A stretch of DNA of 64,000 nt, taken from the NCBI GenBank assembly GCA_028534125.1, contig CM052816.1, forward strand, positions 8,806,001 through 8,870,000, written 5' to 3'. Below, piece by piece: positions 23,401 through 34,657 of the stretch. This stretch comes from Lama glama. Its lineage: Eukaryota. Within the stretch, counting starts at the first letter, position 1; every line of letters begins with the position of its first letter. A model generated the notes under the pieces. It saw only the letters and a program-made list of their open reading frames with translations, was not told the DNA's origin and ran no database searches. The position numbers and the translations under genes were made by a program.

Positions 23401-25910
23401 GTATCAGAGGCTGGCTCGAACCCCGGGCTGCTCATGCTTAATCCAGCTGTCTCCTGAGCTTGGGCAGCAGCCAACTGGATGACCACAAAACAGAGCTCAC
23501 ATCGTCATGGTCATTGCAAAAGCCCCTCTGCCCTCTCCTGGCCTTCATTTCCAAGAAACGCAAAGGGCTGGGAGCGGGCCACATCTGCAAGCCAGATGGC
23601 ACTGCTGTGGGAGAGGGCTGAGGTTGGGCCCGTGCTGATTTTTTTCTGGAGGAGCCTTCTTGCTCACAGCTCCCCTTCCTCTGCTCCCTCACACATGTGT
23701 GTGTACCATAGCCTGTGCTCTCCTTGGGCTCCAAGGCCCTAGAGTTTCCACCATATGTGTGGGAAGAATTGAGAAGACATCGGCCCTGGAGCCCAGCAGA
23801 CCTGCGTTTGAATCTCACCCCTAGCACTTTCTAGCTGTGTGATCTCAAGCTTGTGGCTTCACCTCTCTGAATCATGGCTTGTTTGTGAAGGTCAACTGAA
23901 GGGCAAATGAGGTAGATGGCAAGTGCAAGTGCAGTTGCAGTCACCTCATAAGCCCACAATAAATGGCTGCAATTTCCATTATGAGCACAAAGCTGGGCCC
24001 ATGGTGAGGCACAGGCATGGGAGGACGAGAAGCAGGAAGGGTGAGGGCAAAGGTTCGAGGAGTCATCCAGAGAAGATGTGGTAGCTGGGGTGAGGGCCAC
24101 CATGTGGGGGCTCTTACTAGGTCCCCTCCGTTGTGTGGCTCTGTTGTTCCCAGAGCACCCTCCCACCCCCTTGACAGCCCAGCTGAGTTCGCCAGCCTCA
24201 CACGCTCCCTACTTCCTCCCCAGGGAGGGTCACTGCTGGGGACTTTGGAGCAAGCCCTGGGAACGCAGTCTGAGGCTGAAGCAAGATGATGCAGGAGAAA
24301 GGGAAGAGAGGGAAAGAAACGGGGCCCAGAACTGCCTGGCTTACAAGCCCAGTCTTGAGTAGCTCAGGTTCTGGGAGGGTGGGGGGTAGAGACCAGGATC
24401 CCCAAGACTCCACAAGACCTTCCAGTGAGAACAAAGCCTGGGAAAACAGTGACAGTGATAACAACTTCTGCTCGCCTACCCGGCTTACACTGGGACTTGC
24501 CATAATCCTAACTGGCTAACATACGTTATAGCTGACACGCTGGTGCCTTCGAAGTGTTCCACACCCGCTAAGTGCTTTGTTTTACCCAGGATTTTTCATC
24601 TGATCGTCACAATTGATTATGAGTTAGCTGCCTTTCTTATCCCCACTTTGCAGATGAGGAAACTGAGGCTCCCAGAAGTTGCAGTGCTCCTCAAGCTCAC
24701 ACACTTGGTAAATGTCAGAATCAGGATTGGCTCCAGGCAGCCCGACATGCATTTTCAGGCTCCCCTGTGAGAGCAGATGGCTCATGGCTCCCTTTTTACA
24801 GAGCGATAGCCGGAATCTCTCTCATGACATTCTGTCAAGCGTGTGTTCCTGTTTATGGAAAGGTGGCTGTGAGCAGAGAGAGCATTTTCAATGTAAGTAG
24901 AGGCTGTGTGGGCCCTGGCAAGGGCATGTGTCTCCATAAGCAAGGGGACTTCTCATTTTGGTTTGTTTTGCCTCTTTTCCACGGTATTTCTCCCTTTTAT
25001 GCTGTCCGTTTGAAAGAAACAACAACCCACCATGATAAAGGAGTTGGTTCTCCCTTCTGTCTTGTCTACTTTGCAGGAAACTGGGGACCTCCAGGGTTCC
25101 AGTTTGCTGGGCTGAGTGATACTTTCTGGGTAATACAAATGTTGGTTTCTTCTGGCATGTGTTGGATGGGAAAGCAGCAGGTTAGGCACAAGTTCTCCTG
25201 TAGGCATGCTGTGTGATTGCAGACAAGTGTCTTCCCCTCTCTGGGCCTCACCATGATGTGGTGGGCTGAGGACTAGATTCAATGGTCCAGAGATCTCCCA
25301 GGGTCAGATAAAGGGGGATAGTTTGACTCCATGCCATTCTCCTGGTGAGTGTCAGTGTGAAGGAAGGTGAGTGGGCTGCACAGAGCTCTGTGGAGTGAAA
25401 GAGACAGGCATCAAAGCTGGAGCTCCCCACAGCTGCCTCTCGCTCCCCTTGCCCCCATCTCACCCTCACTGCTAAGCCTCAGGCAGGCCCCCAGGACCTG
25501 GACCAGGTGGATTTTCTGCAGCAGAATGTGAAGTCTCAGAGCAAGCATGCTGGAGGCACCCGAGTCGTGTGCCCACGTGTCAGGTGAGGGAACTGAAGCC
25601 TGGAGAGGAGAAGCAACAAGCTCATGATGCAGTCATTCAGAGGCCCAGCTAGGACTGACTCCTTCCACTCACTGAGGGATCCTAATCGGTCAGATCTCAA
25701 GAAAAGGGCCCTGGGAGGAAGGCAGGAGAGAGGAAGGCCTTTAAATTCCCTTGGCTTTGAAGATGGAATAATCATGACTTCCTTTTCTGAGTATCTTTTG
25801 GCCCTTCCTAGAACCAGATGGCGGATGTTTGGAATTTATGTTGTAAATAGTGTTTGAGAAGGGAGTGGGGGTGCAGATGTGTTACTTTCTCCAACCACCA
25901 AAAACAAGAT

Positions 25911-26140
25911 CTGAGGGAGGAAAGTGGAGGAGGGGAGATGACGAGGAGGAGATTTGAGGAGAAGGGAGGACTGAGGGGGAAGGAAGAGGGGAGGAGAGGG
26001 AGAGAAAAAAAGAGATTGATGGAGTGAGAGTGAGAGCAAGGCAGAGAGGCAGAGAGAGGAGAGGAGAAGGGAGGGAAGAGACAGCAGTGGGCCGAGAGGG
26101 AGGCATACAGAGGGAAGGTGGATGAGGGAGATGGGGAAGG
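25911..26140. repeat. GA-rich polypurine low-complexity tract
   Basis: About 230 bp dominated by A and G on the plus strand. Confidence 0.85.
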
Positions 26141-26201
26141 TCTCCCGGGTGCAGGCCCAGAGAGGCTCCATCTTGAGTTCGGGAGCAAACCCTTGAGTTT
26201 T

Positions 26202-26275
26202 CTAAAAATAGCTCAGCCTTTCCCCCAGTGGGGCTGGCAGCAGGGACCAAGAGAGGCATGCTTGTCCTTTTATGG
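26202..26275. promoter_or_regulatory. MEF2 site (CTAAAAATAG, 26202-26211) plus CArG box (CCTTTTATGG, 26266-26275): candidate intronic muscle enhancer
   Basis: Two perfect consensus motifs 54 bp apart in non-repeat DNA. Confidence 0.6.
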
Positions 26276-29200
26276 TAAGAAAAATCCAGATTCTCTGAGG
26301 GGCAGCTGGGCTGGAGCCTGTAGTTGTGGATAAAGCCCAGCCCTGGGGTCTGGGGTGGGACAGGGATGGACAGGGTTTGTGACTTGGTGGGATTTCCTGG
26401 GCAGGGTAGCCCCACCCTCTGTGAAGACAGGGCTGAGGAGGCCACACTGGAAAGGCCTGGGGTCCTAGGGTGCACGGGCTCCTAGAGACATCTTACCACC
26501 CTTATCTCCCTGTTTCATAGAAGAAGAAACTGAGCCGCAGAGAGGGGAAGAGATTGTGGGCTCCCCATGTGAGGGGGTTTGAAGTGTCAAGGTAAATCAG
26601 TGCTTGGGTCCACACGAGGTTGGCTTACATGCCCTTTACTCTGGAGGGCAGAGTGGTCTGTGGACAGAGCACTAGTCTGAGTGTCAGGAGCCCCAAGGCC
26701 TCCTCCCAGTTGACATGCTATTTGCTGTGTGACCTTGTGCAATCTGCCGAACCTCTCTGATCTCAGATTCCCTCATAAGGGCCTTTGTAGCTTTTTGCCT
26801 CTCTGGGAATTCCAAGGCTGGAAAGCAAAGCTTGGGCAGAAAGAATGCTATTCCCTGGCAGAGGGGAGCCTGCAGGCTTCTGTTCTACTTCCTGTCGTGA
26901 GAAAAAAGCTAAGATGGACTGAGAAAGAGAGAGGAGGTGCCGCAGGAGACTGGGTCAGATCATGGATGGAATCTCTGACTGTCCAAGCTGGCTGGGTCCA
27001 GCCCCTCACTGGGCACACTGATGCCTGAGAGGACCTCATCTCAAGTCATGCAGCGCATTAGGAAAGAGCCAGGAAAAGAACCAAGGGCTTCCCCTCCTAG
27101 CCGTGGGCTCTTTCCTCTGCAAGAGGCCTCCCATCTGCAGCAGTCCACAATTTAGGGGATCATGTCTGGCCAGTAAAAGCGCCTTCCTGGGGAGAGCTGC
27201 CAGAACTCAATATACGCTGTCATCCTCTGCCCGCCTCTTGGAGACAGTTCTTGAAAACAATTATGTCCTGTCGGGGGACCCGCCTCTTCTCTGTTCCCCT
27301 CCTTTGGCTGCGAGGACCATACCATAGTCTCTGTCTTGGCTTAGAAGGCAGGGAAGAGGCAAAGAAGGACGCACAGGACTGGGTGGCCACCCTGGCAGTG
27401 TGATCTTGGGCAAGTCTCTCCCCATCACTGGCTTCAGGTTCTGCACCTATAACATGAGTAGATGGCCTTGATGCTCTAGGTCACTTTCGGGTCTAATAGG
27501 ACTGTGACACTGTGAGTTTAAGATTCAGCACTAAGACTGATTATTAAGCATTTACCAGGATTACCAGTGTGAATGAGACGGATCTAGTCTTATCTACAGA
27601 TCTCTGTAGCTTTTCATTCCATTGAGACAGGGACCCAGTGCCTGGAAGCCCAAATCCCAAAGCCCTCTGTTCTGGGAATCTTGGCTAACTCTCTGACTCC
27701 AGCTTGAACCCAGAGCTCAGGTAGCTCTGGTCTTGCATGTCCAGGAATGCCTGCTGGTCTGGTCAGTGATCATGCCCACTGCCTACGACCCTGCCCAGGC
27801 CTCGCTATTCCCTCGACTTTGCTCTCTGCCTCACTCTTCCCATGTGGTATACAGCTCCCCAAGGCCCAGCCCATCTCCTCCCTGTCTGCCCCACCCTCTC
27901 ATCTCTCCACACTGGTCTTCCTTTGATTCTGCCCAATGAGAACCCTTGCTTTCCTCTCCCAGCCTCCAATGGCACCCCTGCCCACCACTGGGGGAAAACA
28001 GGGACAGGAAAGAAAGGGGGATAAAAATAAAGTATTTTGTTCTAAATTGGAAGCTTCCCTGTGACCCTCCTGGAATTTCCATGTAGACTCTTTGGGGCAT
28101 GTGAACAGGTCTCCCAGGGACCCTGGCCCTCTCTGTCTTCCTGCTGGGTGGAAGGTTCCCCAGGGACCAAGTCTCAACCAGGCTCCAGGTCTCTCTGGTC
28201 AGGCCTGGTGCTCCCTGGGAAGGGCAGAAGGCAGCAGTGGAGTGGAAGGAAGTGGGAGGGAGAGGAGGTCCCTAGAGGCCCCTGTGTGAAATCAAGACAG
28301 AACTGATGTCATGCCTAGCTGGGAATCTGACATCCAGGCAGCAGAGGGGCTCAGGATCGTAAGATTGTCCCAGGGCAGCTAGGGCTGTGATGTGAAGTCC
28401 CAGCCTGGTGGTGGGAAAGGCCATGAGGCCCAGCCTCCTCTACTGTTTGACTTCTCTCTACAGTGTCCGTGCTAAGCTTGCATACCTCTGGTGATGGGAG
28501 GTGCACTGCTTCCCGATCGCCTTATCTGTCTTTGGACAGACTGTTGAAGACACCTTCCTAATATCCCACTGACACCTGCCTCTCTGGGGCTGCATGCTCT
28601 GTCCTTCGGGGCTACGAAGAACCAGTTTCTGATCACCAGAAAGCTCTTCAAATTTTAAAGATGGTGACTGCAGCCCTTGGGCTTTCTTCCGCTCCTAATC
28701 CCACCCTGAGGTCTCCTGTCTCATTTCTTGATATCTCAGGGTCACCAATGCCCTAATTCCCAGGTCTCTCCTGCACTGGGGCTCTTGGCTGGATGATGTT
28801 TTGGGGAAGAGTACAAATCTCCTGCCCAGAGACAGACACCAAGGAGGACTTCTGTCTTCTGGGACTTTGATTTCTGGCAGTCAAACCACTCCATGACCAG
28901 GCCTTCCTTGCTTTGCCAGCCTCAGACTTCACCAAGCTTCTAGACCTACCCGCAGTTCCAGCCAAATGGGCTTGTTTGCTGTTCTCCTGAAAGTCCTGTC
29001 GCCTTTCCTTTGTACAAATAGCTCTCCACTTGGAATGCCTTCTCCTCTCTTCTCTGTTTATCCAAAGTGTGCCCCCTGCTATTATGACCACCCCCACCCC
29101 AGGTTTTTCCTCCCTGAGAGTTTGGACATCCACTGTCATACATGGGATGACCAGAGCTGTCCTCTTCCCATCCCAAATCCTGGATCATCTCAGTCTGAAG

Positions 29201-32200
29201 GGCCCAGAGGGATGGAGGAACTTACTCATGTGTTGACTGTAGAGCTTGGGCCAGAGAACTAGCCTGTTTCTTTCTCTTTCTCTCCATCTTGTTCAGCTTA
29301 TCTCAGCAGATGCCCTTGGACTTAGTGGGGTTATTGGGTCACATGCCTGAGGTCTGGCAGGCTCCAGGCAGACTGACCAGTGGCCTCTCAGCCCAGAGCC
29401 CAGCCAGGGTGCTGTCATGGCCACTATGGATGGCCTCCTGAGGCAGTAACTCTGTCTGGACACTGCACACCCACCTGTTTCCCTGAAGGAGGAGAAGGGT
29501 ACGGGGCAGACGCTAATAGCAGCGGAGCAGTGTCCCTGTGAAGTTTGTAAGTTCCAGTGTGTTTTCCAGTTTGGGGTTTTTCTATCTCCTTTGGAGCTTG
29601 GCTTGGGTCAGAAGAGGATGTTAGAGGAGAAGACCTAGATTTGTGGCTGGGATGGGCTCTTGGGGATATATAAGGATGAGGCTGCCTCCTCCAGCCTTGG
29701 CTTAGCTGACTGCCCCTTCCTCAAATAACTGATGAGCTGTGTCAGTTAAGGGCAGCCCAGGACTGAGCATGCCCCCAAGGGTACTAAATCCATGCTAATG
29801 TGTGCTCATGGATGAGGATTGTCTGCATTTTTGCCACTGGCATTTGGCAGTGGTGGAGGCTCTGTTTATATCTTACTATAACAATGCCTAATCTAGAAGG
29901 AAGCATCAACTTTCAAGTGGCCTCCTTCCCAAGCGCCAAGAGTTGGTCCTATTAGGTGGATAGAACCAGAAGGAGCTCTTTTTCACAGACTCACTGGGGG
30001 CAGTGCTAGAGCGTATGTGTATGGGTTCTAGAGTCAGGTAGACCTGGGTTTGAGTCCTAGCAGAGCCTCCTATAAGCTGTGTGACTTTGGGCAAATGACT
30101 AAATCTCTCTGAGCCTCAGGTTCCCAGAGGGATAATAGTACTTACCTCAGAGAGTGCTGGGTGAAGGGTTGGCTGCTTGGGAAGACATGATACATGGCAA
30201 TTTTTGAAAGAACAAGGGCCACTTATCCCCTTAGAGGGAAAGCAGAGTTAGGGCCCAGTATGGCATCTCCTTCTCCTGAAGAAACTGCCTTTTCTCATCA
30301 CATTTTTGCAGTTATTTTTAATGGAGTACTTATTATACGCCAGTCACTGTTGAGAGCTTCATGAATTTTAAATCATTTAATCTAGACAACTCAACAGCCT
30401 AATGAAGCAGTTACACTTATCATGCCCAAGGTCACACAGCTGCTATAAGGCAGGTCTGGGATTCAAACGCAGGCAGCCTGATGCCCCTCTGGCACCTTTA
30501 GTGGCCAACCTGCTGCATCTTAGCCCCACTAGCAGCACTCTGACCCCAGCCTGGTCCCCTCATCACCTGGGCATGGGGATTCATTCAGCCCACACTGGAA
30601 AGGCCCCTGGCTCCAGAATCAGCCTCTATTTTCTCATCCAAACAAAAAGGGGCTGATGAATTGGTCTCCTAGGTTCATGACAGTGGGTGACTCATGCTGT
30701 GTGTTAAGGCATGTTTTAAATTGGAGAAAAGGTTTCTGGTGGTGAAGCATTGCCACCAATGAGCCTCTTTTGCAAGAGGGGAGGGGGCTGGCCTCTGTGG
30801 GCTCTTACCATGTGTGGTGAATCCCCATGTGGCTGTCTAGACAGGCTGTTAGGAGGTGGCAGCCACTGTGGGCTCTTTCCCCTGAATTCTTTTAGACCAT
30901 TGCAGGCGAGCTCTGATTGGACTGTGGTCACTGCAGACTTCTGGGCTAGGGAGGGCCATCTCGGCTGTGCTCCCACCCCAGGGCCTGCCAGTGCCCTGTT
31001 AACTTGGATGCATGTAGGGAAAATTTCTAAATACCTGTGTGGACAGGAATGCTATGGCATTTCTATTTCTTTCTTAAATTCTTTATTATACAAATTTGAT
31101 AAATATAAAATAAAATGTGTAATATGTATGCTTCAAGAATTCAGATAATTTCCAGGTTGTCAAGAAGGGGAAATGCTCATACACTGCTGGTGGGAGTTAT
31201 GACGTGGTTTGACCACTTTAGAAAATAATCTGGTGCTTCCCTGTAAAGTTGACAGGAGCATACCCCAGATGCAGCCTTCCCCGTCTAGGTATGAACCCCG
31301 GAGAAACTCTGGCTCATGTGCCCCTGGGGACATGGACGAAAATGGTCATAATAACAATCAGAAACAGTCTTTATCACAGCTTCTTTGCATGCCCGTGTGT
31401 CCCTGAGCCCCAGGGGCTGTTTAGTTGGGAAATTGCTATTGAGACATGGCCCAGGCATAACCCAAAGGTGAGGACCTCAGAGACCATCTGTTCAACCCTC
31501 AAGGCTCACTTGGGAAATCAGACATAGCCCTGAGGGTCAGTGGCGACACCGGGCCTGGAACTTTCTATTCCTCAGAGCTATGTGTGTCAGCTCTTCCTTA
31601 GAATGGGCCAGCCTGGGAAAGGGCTGACTTTGCCCAAAGAGCTGCCATGTGGCTGCTAAGGACCAGTGACAAGGAAACTCCTTTCTATCCAGCGGGGCAT
31701 GGTGGGGCTGAGGGAGGGGCAGTGGCCTTTGAACTAGGAGACTCAGGTTAAACTCTGGTGTGGCCACCCACCTAGCCTCGGTCTCCTCTGTGAAGTGGGA
31801 GATTCCACATCACTGCGCTCAGAGGTAGAGGTGCTGTGGTGGACAGGCTACGAGCGTGCTTTTTGCAGGCTAGATTCATATCCCCTCTGCCACTTTCTAG
31901 CTGTGTGACCTTGGGTAAGTTCCAGTGATTTTCTTTCCCTACAAATGGAGATGAAGGAATGATGCTAATTCCTGTCTCGTGGTAATCCTGGGAGGATTAA
32001 ATGATAATGCAAGAGCTTCAGCCCAGGACCTTGGCTCCCAGGAAATCCTCCATATACATTCATGAAGTATATTAGAGGATTCCCTGGTTCTTGGGTGTGG
32101 TGGCTACGGGGCAGGGCAGGAGGTAGGAGACCCCTGGGGACAGAGCAGCTGGGGCAGCCGGCCCACATACTGTGTCCAGGTTTAACAGTTCATGAGCTGT

Positions 32201-34337
32201 GTTACCTTAGGCAAGCTACTTAACCTCTCTCTGTTTCCTCATCTATAAAATGGGGATAATAGTTGGACCTACCTCACAGGATTGTCTTGAGGGTTAAGTG
32301 AATTAATTTGTGTAAAAGCCTTGGGTAGTGCCTGAGCCTCCTCAATTGTGGTATAATTTTCCTATCTGCACCACCATACAGGCTGATTCTGTTTCAGCTC
32401 TATCAGCCCTCTGTGTGACCTAGAGTGGTGCTCCCTTTTTTTTTGTGGATTAAGTTACCTTAGCTCTGTTTGCTAAGGTAGGTTTCAGGCTGCTTGACAG
32501 CACAGCATTCTCAAAACTCCATGTGTGTGGGAACTCCCCAGGGAGCTTGTATCGCAGCTTCCTGGGCCCCACCCAGGATTCTCTGTTAGTTGATGAGTAT
32601 ACAGTGGTTCAGACACCACACTTTGGGACACACTGTCCACACAATACCCTACAAGTGCTGGAAAGGAGACCTCACCTAGCTCTTGAACATTTTGAGCTGA
32701 TCCCTCTTCTGTGCCCCTTAACCTCTGACCTCACCCCTCCTGCTCTCTCTTCAGCAGCTCTGTGTGCTGTCTGCCTGGGTCTCACTCGCACATCGCTCTA
32801 AGCATAGCTAAGGTCATCTTAACCCACAAAAGGAATAAGGCTAATTGTAATAAACATTAGCCAAGTTATCCTGCTCTTATGAACATATGTCCCTCACTCC
32901 TCATGACAGCCAAGTGAGGTCTGAACCAAAGCCTTACCCATTCTATAGGGGAGGGAGCTAAGACTCAGAGATGGCAAGTGACTTGCCCAAGGCCACTTGT
33001 TTGGTAAGTAAACAAGCCAGAATTGGACCCAGGCAGTTGAATTCCAGAGTCTCCTTTTGGACTCTTACGGCCTTAGGTCTTGTGTGACCAGAAGTGGGGA
33101 AACAGGGGTGCTGGGCAGGCTGGAGCTGGAGGACTTTGTCCATTCTAGGCCCCAGATGTGCCAGAGCTTAATCTGAAGAGCAATGTTGCCTGCCCGTCTT
33201 CCAGCCCTGACCCCAGACCTCTGCCTCTACCCAGCCCTCCCTCCCACGTTGCCCGTCACGAGTCCGCCGCCTTCCTCTGAGTCTCCTGGCCCCACCACTT
33301 TGCCTCTTGAAACTCTCCTATCTTTTCTGTCCCCATCCCACTCCAACGTCCTGAACCCCAAGTACACTGAATTTAGAGATCAGGCCCCTTCCTCAACAGA
33401 AGCTGCCTTGGGGCCAGGCTTATCCTGAGGTCTCCAGGTTGGGCTGGCCCTTCCCCTGGCCAAGCCTGAAGTCATTGACCCTTCAGCTTCTTTCCATTGC
33501 GTGAGGCTCAGACTCCAAAAGCTGCCTGAGCTTCAGATGTCTACTTAGACCCTAAGCCTGTGGTTACACAGTAGACTAGCTCAGGGCCTCCTGGGGGAAC
33601 TTTCCAACCCCACCTGCCTTCTAGGCTCAAATGGGGTTCAGAAGCCATGTCCTGCATGGAGACCATGTTGTCCGTCGGCCTCATACTACAGATGGGAAAC
33701 TGCAGCCCAGAGAGGGTAGGGCGTCCCCCCAAGGCCCCAGGGCCAGGCAGTGAGAGGCAGAGCTGAGGCTGCAGCCTGCGTCCTCATCCCCCAGCCAGGG
33801 AGCTCTTCCCACTGCTGCGGCCAAGCCAACACCCCAGCCTTTCCGCCTCTCTGCCTGTCTGCCGGAGCCTGAGCTGACATCGCTTCTCCTCCGGCTTTGC
33901 TTCTTGAAACCATTATTTGAAAACAGTTTTCCTTGCCAGGAGCCCCAGGCTCTTGTTGCTGAGAAATCAAACTCCATAGACAAGGAAGAAGCATTGTCTA
34001 CAGCGAAGCCAGCAAGACGGGTGCAGACTTGGGGATGGTGGTGATGCTCAGGCGGTGGGACACTTATGCTCTGCCCTCCCTCTGTTCCCACCCCCTCATT
34101 TAACCACAGCCACAAGGAGTCCTCAAAGCCAACAGGACCATGGATCCTGCACATCCGGTCAGGGCAGGATGGGCGCTTAGAGATCATCCAGTCCAGCCCC
34201 TGTGCAGATGGGGAAACCGAGGTCCAGAGTCGGTTAGCAAGAGAGCAAGGACTTAGACCCCAGATGCAGCATCCCCCGGGGAGGATGCCACAGAGGCCCC
34301 CCTCTTCACAGACCCCACATTTGCCGCTGGTTCTTAC

Positions 34338-34463
34338 CTCTCCTGTGTTTTGGTCCAGGTGTGGCTCCTTGTGACCTGGAAACGGGGACCAGCCTGTTTG
34401 GGGGATGATTGGAGGTGTCACTGCTCCTCAACTAACTTGACTGGGCCTCTGGCACCCCTCACT
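34338..34463 (-). ncRNA. CARMN: Probable CARMN exon 1
   Basis: Minus strand reads ...AAGTTAGTTGAGGAGCAGTGACACCTCC...GGAGCCACACCTGGACCAAAACACAGGAGAG|GTAAGA. This resembles the MIR143HG first exon as I recall it (not verified). It begins about 25 nt after TTTAAAA and ends in a consensus donor. Confidence 0.6.
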
Positions 34464-34482
34464 GCCACTGCCACGGGGGCAC

Positions 34483-34657
34483 TTTTAAACAGCTGGCACT
34501 GGGCCCCCCTCCCCTTAGCCCCTTGCCCACTGCTCCCTGGCCACAAAGGCCCCTCTGCCTTTTACCTTATATGAGCTGAAGAGGCGAGCCCAGTGTTGGG
34601 ACAAGGCGGGTACTGAGTCCTCTCGGGCCCCTCATTGGCCCAGGCGCCTGCCACGTG
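34483..34657 (-). promoter_or_regulatory. Probable CARMN promoter: TATA-like TTTAAAA (34483-34489), E-box CAGCTG (34490-34495), CArG-like CCTTATATGA (34565-34574), CCAAT (34634-34638), E-box CACGTG (34652-34657)
   Basis: Motifs read directly, in promoter-like order upstream of the candidate exon 1. Confidence 0.55.

Larger units (their letters stand above)
13250..34463 (-). ncRNA. CARMN: CARMN / MIR143HG host lncRNA (pri-miR-143/145); ends approximate, internal exons unresolved
   Basis: Synteny (PCYOX1L-IL17B-CARMN-miR-143/145). Promoter-like motifs at 34483-34657, donor GAG|GTAAGA at 34338/34337, and a minus-strand AATAAA at 13275-13270 followed by a GT-rich tract. Confidence 0.7.
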
